From positions 13,903 through 77,902 of the forward strand of contig JBAUTG010000091.1 in the NCBI GenBank assembly GCA_049582105.1: a stretch of DNA of 64,000 bases. The letters are read 5' to 3'. The notes below the pieces were generated by a model. The model ran no database searches. It was not told where the DNA came from and saw only the letters and a list, made by a program, of their open reading frames with translations. Positions 19,500 through 29,480 of the stretch are shown here, piece after piece. The stretch comes from Candidatus Dormiibacterota bacterium (GTDB lineage: Bacteria; Chloroflexota; Dormibacteria; Aeolococcales; Aeolococcaceae). Position numbers and translations under genes: made by a program. Positions within the stretch are counted from its first letter, which is position 1, and the number at the start of each line of letters is the position of its first letter.

Positions 19500-20192
19500 T
19501 CAGGCGTCGTAGACGGGCGTCTCCTGAAGCAGGGGCGAGAGATCGGCGCCCCCCGCGACCGCCTCAGGCTCGGCGCCCCGGCGAAAGACGATCGCGCCGC
19601 CGGTCCCGTGGAGGGACATCGACCCACCGTGCAGCACGAGCCAGCTCTCCTCACGGAGCGCGATGACGGTGACCTTGTTCTCCTCGAGGAACTCCTGCAG
19701 CCGCTCCTCGCGCGTCTCGCCGATTCGAGCCTCCGGAGGCGGAGGATCGATGTAGTGCGGGTTGATCTGGAAGGGGACCAGCCCGAAGGCGGCGAAGCTC
19801 GGCGGCTGCACGATCGGCATGTCGTTCGTCGTGCGGATGGTCGGACACGCGACGTTCGCGCCGGCACTGGCGCCGAAGTACGGCACGCCGCCCACGATCG
19901 CGGAACGGACCGTGTCGATGAGGTGGAACGTGTGGAGCGCGTTCACGAGCCGAAAGCTGTTACCCCCGCTCACGATGATCGCGTCAGCCTCGGCGAGTGA
20001 GGCCGCTGGGTTGGGTACCGTGTGCAGGCCGGTGACCTCGAGACCTCGCGATGCGAAGCGGTCGTTGAAACGGGCGACCGCCCGGTCGCAGTCCTTGATC
20101 GCCCAGGGGATCATGACGGCGCGTCGGGCACCATGGAAGTGCTCGAGGATCTCGTCGCACGCAGATGAGATGTCGCCGCCCGCGTGCAGCAT
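19500..20192 (-). CDS. Peptidase S51 family dipeptidase E-like protein
   Basis: Class-I glutamine amidotransferase-like fold (IIVSGGNSFRLVNAL, GASAGAN motifs) typical of PepE/cyanophycinase. Start set at the internal ATG 20190-20192, because the longer ORF would overlap rnpB. Confidence 0.65.
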   Translation of the reverse strand: MLHAGGDISSACDEILEHFHGARRAVMIPWAIKDCDRAVARFNDRFASRGLEVTGLHTVPNPAASLAEADAIIVSGGNSFRLVNALHTFHLIDTVRSAIVGGVPYFGASAGANVACPTIRTTNDMPIVQPPSFAAFGLVPFQINPHYIDPPPPEARIGETREERLQEFLEENKVTVIALREESWLVLHGGSMSLHGTGGAIVFRRGAEPEAVAGGADLSPLLQETPVYDA

Positions 20193-20271
20193 CAGGTGTC
20201 GGTCCACGTGAGCATTGCCTCCGGCTGAGCGATGTCCTCTGGCAGCAGCCCAGAGGATAGACTCGACGGGC

Positions 20272-20642
20272 AAGCCGGCCAGACGGTCGCGGGCGTACGC
20301 CGTCCGAGGAAAGTCCGGGCTCCGCAGAGCAGGGCGCTGGGTAACGCCCAGTCGGGGTGACCCGAAGGAGAGTGCCACAGAAAAGACACAGCCCCGGACC
20401 CGTCCGGGGCAACGGTGAAATGGTGGGGTAAGAGCCCACCGGCGGCCGGGTGACCGGCCGGCCAGGTAAACCCCGCCCGGAGCAAGGCCGAACAGAGAAC
20501 GAGCGTTTCGGCGCTCGGGAGTTGCTCGCTCCCCGTGTCTCAGGTGGGCCGCACGAGGCGCCGGGCAACCGGCGTCCTAGATGGATGACCGTCCCTCGCC
20601 TGCCGCGCGGACGGGGACAGAACCCGGCTTATCGGCCGGCTT
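20272..20642 (+). ncRNA. rnpB: RNase P RNA, bacterial type A
   Basis: Universal elements GAGGAAAGTCCGGGCTCC, ACAGAAA, GGTAAGAGCCCACC and ACAGAACCCGGCTTAT are visible. The 5' agccggcc and 3' ggccggct segments pair as P1. Confidence 0.85.
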
Positions 20643-20653
20643 GCACTCTCTCC

Positions 20654-21553
20654 TCAGGCGCCGAGCAGTGCCGTGACCGTTGCCTCGCCGTTGCGCAGGA
20701 GGTCCACCGCCGGTAGACGCCGGAGCAGCTCGTTCCATCCGGGTTCGCGGGTCGAGATCTCCTCGAGCAGCGCCTTCCCCTCCTCCACGTGGCCCGCGTC
20801 CGCCATGAGGATCGCGGCCCAGAAGGACGCCTCATCGTTGCCCTCCAGGAGCGCCCGGGCCCGCTCATACTCGGCGAGCGAACCCTCGAGATCGCCGGCG
20901 ACCTCATGCGTCTCTGCGACATCGATGAGCTGGTACCCACGGTGCATGGTGATCAGGCGGCGAAGCTCGGCCAGCGGCTCGCGAGCGTCCTCGACGCGAA
21001 GATCGACGAGACGTTCGCGCCATGGTTGGTCAGTACTCTCGGCGTCGACGATGAGCATCGCTGCGGACTGACGTCCGCGGATGTCGCCGCCGGCAGCCTC
21101 GGCGGCCTCGAGCGAGACCATCAACCGTTCAGCAAGATCGCCCTTCGACGACTCAAACGCGTCGAGCATCGCCGGCCAGACTCCGTTGCCACGCATCATG
21201 TTCGCCTGCACCGACACACCGTCCCCCGTCGCGTGTCCGGCCGCCTCGATACAGAGCGATCCCGTGTGCACGGCGACGCGCCCCGTTGCGTCGACGAACG
21301 CAACCTGCCGGCGTGCCTGCCCGGTGTCGGCGCTCGTCAGCGCCTGCAGCGCCGTGACCGGATCGACACCGAGCCGCATGAGTGCCAGGCCGCGAGGCCC
21401 GTACGCGGGCTCGGCGAAGGATTGCGTCGCGACGGCACCGACACCCGCTTCGGCCCACGTCACCACCGAGCCGACCGAGAAGTAGTGCGACTGCACGGCG
21501 ACACCGAGCCGTCCCGTGTCCGGATCCCGCGCGACGATCGAGTACGTCATCGA
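20654..21553 (-). CDS. DUF1028 family protein (Ntn-hydrolase-like)
   Basis: The MTYSIVARDPDTG N-terminus is characteristic of DUF1028. The start overlaps the rnhA stop. Confidence 0.55.
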   Translation of the reverse strand, partial: SMTYSIVARDPDTGRLGVAVQSHYFSVGSVVTWAEAGVGAVATQSFAEPAYGPRGLALMRLGVDPVTALQALTSADTGQARRQVAFVDATGRVAVHTGSLCIEAAGHATGDGVSVQANMMRGNGVWPAMLDAFESSKGDLAERLMVSLEAAEAAGGDIRGRQSAAMLIVDAESTDQPWRERLVDLRVEDAREPLAELRRLITMHRGYQLIDVAETHEVAGDLEGSLAEYERARALLEGNDEASFWAAILMADAGHVEEGKALLEEISTREPGWNELLRRLPAVDLLRNGEATVTALLGA

Positions 21554-21990
21554 GAGTAACCTCCCACGCTGCCGGCGAGAACACGCATCGTCTCCTCGAC
21601 AGCAAGGCTGTCCACACGCTCGTTGCCGGGAATGCCGCTGTGCCCGCGGACATGCTCGAAGCGCACGCGCGAGTCGATGAGCGGATCGATGTCCGGGTAG
21701 AGGTCGAGGTTCTTCCGCCGCTTCCACTGGCCCGTGAGCCAGTTGATGACACCGAGACTGTCGGTCCGCACGACGATCCGCCATCCCGGATCGTCACCGA
21801 TGCGCGCTCGAACGCGGAGCAGCGCCTCGCGCACCGCCTTCAACTCCTCGCGATTGTTCGTGGTGGCGAGGTCGCCGCCGGCGGCTTCCTCGATCATGCC
21901 GTCCGGCCACTCCAGCCGGTACGCCCACGCCCCCGCACCGGGATTGCCGGAGCACGCACCGTCGGTGAAGACGACCACGGTCGCCGTCAC
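21547..21990 (-). CDS. rnhA: Ribonuclease HI
   Basis: FTDGACSGNPG, TNNREEL and HSG motifs of RNase H type 1. GTG start. Confidence 0.8.
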   Translation of the reverse strand: MTATVVVFTDGACSGNPGAGAWAYRLEWPDGMIEEAAGGDLATTNNREELKAVREALLRVRARIGDDPGWRIVVRTDSLGVINWLTGQWKRRKNLDLYPDIDPLIDSRVRFEHVRGHSGIPGNERVDSLAVEETMRVLAGSVGGYSR

Positions 21991-22682
21991 GGTGCGAGGA
22001 TCCGGTCGCAGTTGGCGCACTGCGTGAGGCCTGTGCCGGTGCGCACCGCGCGCCGCTCCTCGTTCGACACCGGCATGCGGCAGCCGCCACACGCCTCGCC
22101 GACGATTCCGGTCACCGTGGGGCGGCGGTGCGAGGCGATGCGGGCGTAGAGCGACAGGTCGCCGGGCTCGGCCTCGGCACGGAGCGCGTCGCGTTCTGCG
22201 GTGGCGCCCTCGAGCTGAGCGGTCAGGGTGGCGAGCCGCGCGCGCAGCGGCTCCATCGCGGCGTTGCGCTCGGCCTCGCGGACCGCCACCAGCTTCGACA
22301 TCGATCGGGCTATCGCGAGCGCCGTCTCCACCTGCTCCATTCGCTCGAGCGCCTCGTCCTCGGCATTCGAGAGCTTGACGCGGAGCACGTCGATCTCGCG
22401 CTGCATCTCCATGAGCTCGGCCGGGTTACGAACCGTGCCACCGTAGAGCTTCCGATCCATCTCGCGGATGCGCGTCTGCAACGACGCAGCTTCGAGCTCC
22501 GAAAGGCGCGCCGCGGTGCTGAGGTCGCGATGCTCATCCTGTGCCCCCTTCTCTGACATACGGAGGCGGTCGAGCTCCGGGTCGCCGCGCAGTGATGCTT
22601 CAACCGCCGCGACCTCGGATTGCAGCTGCGTGATGCGGTCGTCGATCTGTTGCAGCCGCAGCAGCACCGATGCGCGGCTCAT
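21987..22682 (-). CDS. C4-type zinc-ribbon domain protein (COG1579/DUF164-like), coiled-coil
   Basis: Long coiled coil followed by a CGGC...CANC zinc ribbon. Translationally coupled to trpD and rnhA, as in other actinobacteria. Confidence 0.7.
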   Translation of the reverse strand: MSRASVLLRLQQIDDRITQLQSEVAAVEASLRGDPELDRLRMSEKGAQDEHRDLSTAARLSELEAASLQTRIREMDRKLYGGTVRNPAELMEMQREIDVLRVKLSNAEDEALERMEQVETALAIARSMSKLVAVREAERNAAMEPLRARLATLTAQLEGATAERDALRAEAEPGDLSLYARIASHRRPTVTGIVGEACGGCRMPVSNEERRAVRTGTGLTQCANCDRILAP

Positions 22683-23707
22683 GCGGCTGCTTCGTGGGAA
22701 ACCCGGGCGAGGTGTGCGAGCGCCCGCCGGGCATCGCCCGAGTCGATCGCGGATGCCGCGACGGTGATCCCCTCACGGAGCGATGACACGCGGTCGGCAG
22801 CCAGGAGCACTGCGGCACTGTTGAGCAGCACCACATCGCGACGCGGGCCCTGTGCGCCTTCGAGCACATCGACGATGATCGCCGCGTTGGTCTCGGCGTC
22901 ACCTCCGCGAACGGCATCGAGCGACGCCACCTCGAGGCCGGTATCCGCCGGATCGATGACGAACTCGCGCACACCGTCGGGCGTGACCTCGAAACAGCGC
23001 GCCGTCCCGTCGACGCCGAGCTCGTCGATACCGTCGGGTCCGGTGAAGACGATCGCGTGCACGTGTCCCAGCCGGTGCAGCACCTCGGCCATCAACGGCG
23101 CGAGGCGTGCGTTGGACACGCCGATCAGTTGATGACGGACGCGCGCAGGATTGGCGAGCGGTCCGAGCACGTTGAACACCGTGCGAATCCCGAGCTCGCG
23201 CCGCACCGGGATCACATGACGCAGTGCGGGATGAAAGTCGGGCGCGTAGAGAAACCCGATCCCGGCCTCCTCGACACAACGACGAACGCCGTCCGGGGAA
23301 AGCGAGATCACGACGCCGAGCGCCTCGAAAACATCCGCGCTGCCGCAACGCGACGAGGCGGCGCGGTTGCCGTGCTTGGCAACCGGACACCCGGCGCCGG
23401 CGGTCACCAGCGCGGCGGCCGTCGAGATGTTGAAGGTTCCGGCCCCGTCACCGCCGGTGCCGCAGGTGTCGACGGCGTCGACCGAGAGTGTCACGACCGT
23501 CGCATGCGCGCGCATCGACTCGACCATGCCCTCGAGCTCGTCGACCGTCTCGCCCTTGGTGCGCAGCGCCGCCACCAGCGCCCCGACCTGGGCCGGTGTC
23601 GCCTCCCCGTCCATGATCGTGTCCATCACGGCGCGTGCCATCGGCGTGTCGAGGGCGCGAGAGGAGACGACCGCCTCGAGCGCCTGTCGCATCACCTCCT
23701 CGCCCAT
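22679..23707 (-). CDS. trpD: Anthranilate phosphoribosyltransferase
   Basis: GTGGDGAGTFNISTAAA glycine-rich PRPP-binding motif and KHGNRAASS motif. The N-terminal extension of the ORF is rejected. Confidence 0.85.
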   Translation of the reverse strand: MGEEVMRQALEAVVSSRALDTPMARAVMDTIMDGEATPAQVGALVAALRTKGETVDELEGMVESMRAHATVVTLSVDAVDTCGTGGDGAGTFNISTAAALVTAGAGCPVAKHGNRAASSRCGSADVFEALGVVISLSPDGVRRCVEEAGIGFLYAPDFHPALRHVIPVRRELGIRTVFNVLGPLANPARVRHQLIGVSNARLAPLMAEVLHRLGHVHAIVFTGPDGIDELGVDGTARCFEVTPDGVREFVIDPADTGLEVASLDAVRGGDAETNAAIIVDVLEGAQGPRRDVVLLNSAAVLLAADRVSSLREGITVAASAIDSGDARRALAHLARVSHEAAA

Positions 23708-23759
23708 CTCGGGCGACGGTATCACCGAGCGTGACGAGGGCGATCCATATACTCGAGAG

Positions 23760-24554
23760 GTGACCGCGCGAACGCTGGAACCATTCGACCCGGAGGCCGT
23801 CGCCCCGTGGCGCCTCGGCGAGGGAAGCAGAGGAGCGCTCCTCATCCACGGGTTCGCGGGCACGCCGCCGGAGCTGCGGCGGCTCGGCGAGGTGCTCGCG
23901 GAGCACGGGTTCCGATGCCACGCGCCTTCGCTCCCCGGGCACGGGACCACGCCGCAGGAGCTCGCTCGCACGCGCTGGCAGGATTGGGCCTCGTGCGTGA
24001 GCGACGCGTTCAACGACCTCGCCGCCGAATGCTCGGATGTTGTCGTCGCCGGTCAGTCGATGGGTGGGACGCTGGCGCTCCATCTCGCAGCGCACGACGA
24101 TCGCGTCCGCGCAGTGGCGAGCCTGGCTGCGCCCATCTGGTTGAGCGGGCCTCTTCCGCCGCTGCTCCCCGTGATCAAGCGCATTGTCCGCTGGCACCGC
24201 GCGGGTGACGACGTGGATCTCTGGAATCCAGCGGGTGTCGAGGAGCTGCACAGCTATGGGATGCGTCCCACGCGCAGCATCGACGAGCTTCGCAAGCTGT
24301 GCGCGGTCGTGCGCAACGAGCTCGCGGAGATCCGTGCGCCGGTGATGGTGCTCCATGGCGAGCGTGACCGGACCATCGACCCGCGTTGCGGACGGGAGAT
24401 CGCGAGGCGTCTCATCGGCAGCGAGGCGGTGCGGCTGCAGATGCTTCCGCGCAGCGGTCATGCGATCTCGGTGGACGTGGATCGCGACGCCGCCAACGCG
24501 GACGTCCTGCAGTGGTTCGAACGATTTGCGCCGGCTACCGCAGCGGTGGTCTGA
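23760..24554 (+). CDS. Alpha/beta hydrolase (carboxylesterase/monoacylglycerol-lipase-like)
   Basis: HGFAGTP, GQSMGG nucleophile elbow, and C-terminal HGERD...GH. GTG start at 23760. Divergent from trpD. Confidence 0.65.
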   Translation: MTARTLEPFDPEAVAPWRLGEGSRGALLIHGFAGTPPELRRLGEVLAEHGFRCHAPSLPGHGTTPQELARTRWQDWASCVSDAFNDLAAECSDVVVAGQSMGGTLALHLAAHDDRVRAVASLAAPIWLSGPLPPLLPVIKRIVRWHRAGDDVDLWNPAGVEELHSYGMRPTRSIDELRKLCAVVRNELAEIRAPVMVLHGERDRTIDPRCGREIARRLIGSEAVRLQMLPRSGHAISVDVDRDAANADVLQWFERFAPATAAVV

Positions 24555-24558
24555 GCAT

Positions 24559-24846
24559 TCAGCTCGAGTCGCGCGTGGATTCCAGAAGCCGGGCTGCAAT
24601 CGAAGGGTCGAGCACGGGGTTCTCGAGCGGGCCTGCGTCGAGGTCGCGATGATGCTTGGACTTGTGGCGCTGCGCCGCCTGCGGCGCTTCGCGCGCCGAG
24701 TCGCGAACGACGTCGCCGCACGCCGAGCAGCGAAGCACCGCGGACGAGGTGCCGTGCCCCGCGTACTCGCGATGCGAGAACGTGAGATCACCGCCGCATC
24801 GGGCGCAACGGCGCCGTGGTTTCGCCGCTCCAGTGGTCTCGGCCAT
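24559..24846 (-). CDS. Small zinc-ribbon protein (hypothetical)
   Basis: CARCGG...CSACG Cys4 pattern in a ~95-aa product. There is no other support for this call. Confidence 0.3.
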   Translation of the reverse strand: MAETTGAAKPRRRCARCGGDLTFSHREYAGHGTSSAVLRCSACGDVVRDSAREAPQAAQRHKSKHHRDLDAGPLENPVLDPSIAARLLESTRDSS

Positions 24847-24896
24847 CGGAGCAAGAGTACGACCCGGGACGCACGTCCATCGTGCGGGACCGCGTG

Positions 24897-25478
24897 ATGG
24901 CATCGACGACGCCGATCGTGGAGCGGCTCCGCGCCATCGTCCGGCCCGTGCGCCACGCGACACCTCCGCCACCGCACGGAGGCCTTCCCGCATCGGTCCT
25001 GCTGCTCTGTGATCCGTCAACGGCAGGCGTCCCGTTGCTGTTCGTCCTCCGTTCCGCCGACCTCCGGTCACATCCGGGACAGATTGCCTTTCCCGGGGGA
25101 AGCGCAGAGCCGGCGGACTCCGACGTTGTCGAAACCGCGCTGCGAGAGGCCAACGAGGAGCTGGGGATCGAGCCGGAGAACGTCGAGGTCCTGGGCCTGC
25201 TCTCGCCCTTCGCGACAGTTGTCTCAGACCGCTGGTTGACCCCGGTCGTCGCCCTCGAACGCACGCCCTCGACGCTTCGCGGCGACGGCTTCGAGGTGGC
25301 GGAATGGTTCCGCGTCGACATCGCCGATCTCATGGTGGCGCCGCACACCGTTCGCGAGCTGCAGCGTGACGGCGTCGCACGCCAGGTGCATTTCTACGAC
25401 GTGCCGGACCGCGTCATCTGGGGTGTCACCGGCGTCATCGTGCACGAGCTGCTTGCCCTGCTCGGCAGAACCGACTGA
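24897..25478 (+). CDS. NUDIX hydrolase, CoA pyrophosphatase-like
   Basis: Nudix box REANEELGI and NudL-like flanking motifs (LLFVLRSADL...HPGQIAFPGG). Confidence 0.65.
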   Translation: MASTTPIVERLRAIVRPVRHATPPPPHGGLPASVLLLCDPSTAGVPLLFVLRSADLRSHPGQIAFPGGSAEPADSDVVETALREANEELGIEPENVEVLGLLSPFATVVSDRWLTPVVALERTPSTLRGDGFEVAEWFRVDIADLMVAPHTVRELQRDGVARQVHFYDVPDRVIWGVTGVIVHELLALLGRTD

Positions 25479-25481
25479 CCG

Positions 25482-26087
25482 TCAGTCCGAGCCGGTTGCG
25501 ATCTTCTGGACCTGGGCGCGCGCAACTGCTTCGGCATACGCAGGGGCGACAGTGCCGCTCGAGTCGACGATCAGCACGATGGCGATGACATTGCCGTCCT
25601 GAAACGTGATGCCGACCTCGCTGTAGCCGGCTGACGTCTTGCCGATGTACTCGTCCGCCTGCGCGCCGAGGCCACTGGGTGTCGACGAGCTGGAAACCGT
25701 CGCGAGCTGTCCTTTCGTGGCGTCGCGCAACTGCGCGTAATCGGCGGCGGCTGCCTGTGACGACGTGTCGAGCAGGACATCATCCTCGATGCGATACGTG
25801 TTGCCGGTGTTGGCGAATCCACGCTGGTCTGTGTTCGCCGTGTTGTTCATCTCACCGTCGCTGATCTGCGTGAGCGCCGGTCCGCCCGGCGGCAGTTCGG
25901 CGACGGTGAGTGCGATGCCGGCTGGGTTGGAGCGCTGCGAACTCGGCGAGGAGGAGCCAGTGGCGCTGCTCGACGGTGCGGCCGAAGCGCTCGACGAAGG
26001 AGACGTGGTGGCCGGGCTCCCGCAGGCGGCGAGGCCGGCGGCGGCACACAGCCCGATTGTGGTTGCGGCGCGCGTGATTCTGGTCAT
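25482..26087 (-). CDS. Lipoprotein (hypothetical), Ser/Thr-rich
   Basis: Signal peptide with lipobox LAACGS followed by a Ser-rich linker. The internal ATG was chosen as start. Confidence 0.5.
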   Translation of the reverse strand: MTRITRAATTIGLCAAAGLAACGSPATTSPSSSASAAPSSSATGSSSPSSQRSNPAGIALTVAELPPGGPALTQISDGEMNNTANTDQRGFANTGNTYRIEDDVLLDTSSQAAAADYAQLRDATKGQLATVSSSSTPSGLGAQADEYIGKTSAGYSEVGITFQDGNVIAIVLIVDSSGTVAPAYAEAVARAQVQKIATGSD

Positions 26088-26130
26088 CCTCACATCTCCC
26101 GTGTGGTCACCGTAGCACACGTGCTCCGCG

Positions 26131-26784
26131 TCAGCGGTACCTCGGATGCACGACGAAGGGGTTCGCGCGCATCTCCTCATCCACCGTCGTGCGCGCCCCG
26201 TGACCGGGATACACCACCGTGTCGGGAGGCAGCGTGTAGATCTTGTGCTCGATCGAGAAGATGAGCGCCTGCCAGGATCCACCGAGGAGGTCGCTCCTGC
26301 CGATACCCCGATGGAACAGCGTGTCGCCGGAGAGCAGATCCGGCCCCACGCGGAAGCACACCGAACCGCGAGTGTGTCCCGGCGTGTGGACGACCTCGAT
26401 ATCGAGACCGTGCCAGCGAAGCATCTCGCCGTCGTGGAGTTCCTGTTCGCACACCACATCCGGCTGATCGTCCGGCACTCCGGGAAGGTAGTGGACGGCC
26501 TCCAGCTGTTCGTGATCGTCCGGGTGCATGGCCGCCTCGCAACCGTACGCCGCTTTCAGCGCGGGCACGCCGCTGACGTGGTCCGGGTGTCCGTGCGTGA
26601 GAAGGATTCGATCGCAGCGCAGACCGCGCTTTTCGAGCAACGCGATCGTCTGTGGATGCTGCAACCCCGGATCGACCACGAGCGCATCGGTCGTGTCGCG
26701 ACGGCGCAGCACGTAACAGTTCTGGTCGAACATCGGATCGACGACGATGGCGAGTTCGACGAGGTCGCGCAGCGTCTCGGTCAC
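26131..26784 (-). CDS. MBL-fold metallo-hydrolase (glyoxalase II-like)
   Basis: THGHPDH metal-binding motif with conserved downstream His/Asp residues. Confidence 0.75.
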   Translation of the reverse strand: MTETLRDLVELAIVVDPMFDQNCYVLRRRDTTDALVVDPGLQHPQTIALLEKRGLRCDRILLTHGHPDHVSGVPALKAAYGCEAAMHPDDHEQLEAVHYLPGVPDDQPDVVCEQELHDGEMLRWHGLDIEVVHTPGHTRGSVCFRVGPDLLSGDTLFHRGIGRSDLLGGSWQALIFSIEHKIYTLPPDTVVYPGHGARTTVDEEMRANPFVVHPRYR

Positions 26785-26793
26785 GAGTGCAGG

Positions 26794-29451
26794 TTACCTG
26801 GGCTCGGCATTGATCGGCCCGATGACGTCAGACGACGTGATCGGGAGCACGAACCCGGCGCCACGACGCTCGCGGCGGCGCGGCGCGTCGGACTCGAGCA
26901 AGGCGCGGTCGAGCACCTCGCCGACGTATGCGACGGGCACGACGTCGATGGCGTCAAGGATCTCCTTGTCCACCTCGTACAGATCGCGAACGTTCTTCGC
27001 CGGCAGGATGAACGTCTTCAGTCCCGAGCGGTGTGCCGCGAGCAGCTTGTCCTTGACGCCACCGATGGGAAGGACCTTGCCGCGCAATGTCACCTCACCC
27101 GTCATCGCGAGGTCGCGACGCACTCGGCGTCCGGTGGCGACCGACACCATCGCGGTTGCCATGGTGACCCCTGCCGATGGGCCGTCCTTCGGGATCGCAC
27201 CCGCCGGCACGTGCACATGGATCGCATGCGTGTCGAAGAAGTCGCGCGACGCTCCGTACTCGATCGCGTGCACCTTCGCCCACGACAGCGCGGCTCTCAC
27301 GGACTCCTCCATGACACTGCCGAGCTGTCCCGTCAGCACCAGGTCGGGCTTGGCCTCGATGGCGAGTGCTTCGACGGTGATGATGTCGCCGCCGACCTCG
27401 CTGACGACGACTCCGGTCACCGCGCCGACCTCGTCCTCCTCCTGCGCCTCGCCGTAGTCGTGGCGACGCGGCCCGAGCAGATCCGTGAGGTCATCGGGCG
27501 TGATGACCACTGGCGAGACGGCACCGGCTGCGAGCTTGCGCGGCACCTTGCGCGCCACCTCGGCAATGGTGCGGTCGAGCTGGCGGACACCCGCCTCGCG
27601 GGTGTACCCGTGCAGCATCGCGACCACCGTCTCGACCGGGATCTCGAGCTCGCCGGCATCGAGCGAGTGCTGATCGAGCTGGCGCGGCACGAGGTGCCGC
27701 AGTGCGATCTGGACCTTCTCCTGCTCTGTGTACCCCGTGATGCGGATGATCTCCATGCGATCGCGCAGCGGCGGGCTGATCGTCTCGGCGATGTTCGCCG
27801 TGGTGATGAAGAGCACCTGCGAGAGGTCGTACGGAACCTCGAGGTAGTGGTCACTGAATTCCCAGTTCTGTTCGGGATCCAGCACTTCGAGCAGCGCTGC
27901 GGACGGGTCGCCACGGAAGTCGGCGCCGACCTTGTCGATCTCGTCGAGCATGATCACCGCATTGCGCGTCCCCGCGGTGCGCATCGACTGGATGATCCGT
28001 CCGGGCAGCGCACCGATGTAGGTGCGGCGATGCCCGCGGATCTCAGCCTCATCACGAATCCCACCGAGCGACATGCGCACGAACTTCCGGTCGAGCGCAC
28101 GCGCGATGGATCTTCCCAGCGAAGTCTTGCCCACACCCGGCGGTCCAACGAAGCAGAGGATCGGCGTCTGTAACGTACGGCGCTTCATCACAGTGAGCGG
28201 GGCGGCGACGGGTTCGTCATGCGACTCAGGAGCGGGTGGCGACGCGGGGGGCAGCGCAGGCCGGAGGGCGGGCGGCGAGATGTCCGCACCAGGATCGGAC
28301 GACACGGGAGACCCGACCGCAGGACTGGGAGGGGCCCCCGCGTCGACAGGACCCGCGCTCTCCGACGCGTCCTTAACCCGGATCCGCTCGCGAACGGCCA
28401 ACCACTCGAGGATCCGGTCCTTCACCTTCGTGAGGCCGTAGTGGTCCTCGTCGAGGATGGCCGCTGCGCGCTCGATGTCGAGTGACTCGGCTGGAGGATC
28501 CACCCAGGGCAGGTCCAGCAGCCAGTCGACCCAGGTTCTGACCATGCCCATCTCGGGTGAGGCGCTCGGGATCTGCTCGAGGCGATGCACCTCCTTCAGG
28601 ACGCGCATCTTCACGTTATCGGGCATGCCTGCGTTCTCGACGCGAGTCGCGAGATCCTCGTCGTCCTCGACCGCATCGTCGAGCTCGGCGAGCTCCTTGC
28701 GGATGGCGCGCAGCTGCTCGCGCAGGATGTGCTCGCGCTGCGAGTTGTTGATCGTCTTCTGCACATCCTCGTGGATCTTCGTGCGGAGCTGCGCAACCTC
28801 CACCTCGCGCGCGAGCAGCGGTATGAGCGTGCGCAGCCGAGCGACGGTATCGGTTTCCTGCAGGAGTGCGACGCGGTCGTCAAAGCCGAAATCGGGGCAG
28901 GTGCTGGCGATGTCGGCGATCAGCTCCGGTTCGGCCGCACGTGCCATCGCGACGGCCGTGTCCGCCCCGACCTGAGCGCCGGCGTTCACGTAATCCGCGA
29001 ACAGCGAGCGAACCGATCCGAAGAGCGCGTCGACCTCGGTGCCATCCGCAACGTCGACCGGCACCGGTGTGACGGTCGCGATCCACGCGTCACCCGACGC
29101 GTCGAAGGCATCAATCCGGACGCGTTCCTTGCCCTCGACGAGCGCGTGCGCGCCGCCGCCGGGCAGACGTCTGAAGGCGCCGACGTGAGCGATCACCGCG
29201 ATCGCATGCACGTCGTCGAGTGACGCCTCGTCGCGTGCCGCATCCCGCTGAATCGCGAGGACGACCCTGCCGTCGCCGTTCACGGCAGCCTCGAGTGCGG
29301 CGACCGAGCGGGGCCTTCCGGCCGCAAGCGGGGCGAGCTGCGAAGGGAACACGACGTTGTCCCGGAGCGGCACCGCGGGCAGTGTGATCGAAGCGGGATT
29401 CGCAGCCGGCTCGGCCGGCTGGTCGGGCACGGGCGGCGCGACGTCTGTCAT
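26794..29451 (-). CDS. lon: ATP-dependent Lon protease
   Basis: Lon N-domain, AAA+ module (GPPGVGKTS Walker A, DEIDK Walker B) and a protease domain with PKDGPSAG catalytic Ser. ATG at 29449-29451. The longer upstream extension is rejected. Confidence 0.85.
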   Translation of the reverse strand: MTDVAPPVPDQPAEPAANPASITLPAVPLRDNVVFPSQLAPLAAGRPRSVAALEAAVNGDGRVVLAIQRDAARDEASLDDVHAIAVIAHVGAFRRLPGGGAHALVEGKERVRIDAFDASGDAWIATVTPVPVDVADGTEVDALFGSVRSLFADYVNAGAQVGADTAVAMARAAEPELIADIASTCPDFGFDDRVALLQETDTVARLRTLIPLLAREVEVAQLRTKIHEDVQKTINNSQREHILREQLRAIRKELAELDDAVEDDEDLATRVENAGMPDNVKMRVLKEVHRLEQIPSASPEMGMVRTWVDWLLDLPWVDPPAESLDIERAAAILDEDHYGLTKVKDRILEWLAVRERIRVKDASESAGPVDAGAPPSPAVGSPVSSDPGADISPPALRPALPPASPPAPESHDEPVAAPLTVMKRRTLQTPILCFVGPPGVGKTSLGRSIARALDRKFVRMSLGGIRDEAEIRGHRRTYIGALPGRIIQSMRTAGTRNAVIMLDEIDKVGADFRGDPSAALLEVLDPEQNWEFSDHYLEVPYDLSQVLFITTANIAETISPPLRDRMEIIRITGYTEQEKVQIALRHLVPRQLDQHSLDAGELEIPVETVVAMLHGYTREAGVRQLDRTIAEVARKVPRKLAAGAVSPVVITPDDLTDLLGPRRHDYGEAQEEDEVGAVTGVVVSEVGGDIITVEALAIEAKPDLVLTGQLGSVMEESVRAALSWAKVHAIEYGASRDFFDTHAIHVHVPAGAIPKDGPSAGVTMATAMVSVATGRRVRRDLAMTGEVTLRGKVLPIGGVKDKLLAAHRSGLKTFILPAKNVRDLYEVDKEILDAIDVVPVAYVGEVLDRALLESDAPRRRERRGAGFVLPITSSDVIGPINAEPR

Positions 29452-29480
29452 CGCTCGAGCATAGCCGGGCCTCCGAGTGC

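Noticed and set aside
23708-24013. N-terminal extensions of trpD, and equivalent extensions of lon (29452-30111), mraY (15426-15947), murD (14467-14904), the ZnuA-like gene (59901-60641) and others
   Set aside because: The extended regions overlap neighbouring genes, lack conserved sequence, and internal start codons coincide with the beginning of recognisable domains. Gene starts were therefore moved inward.
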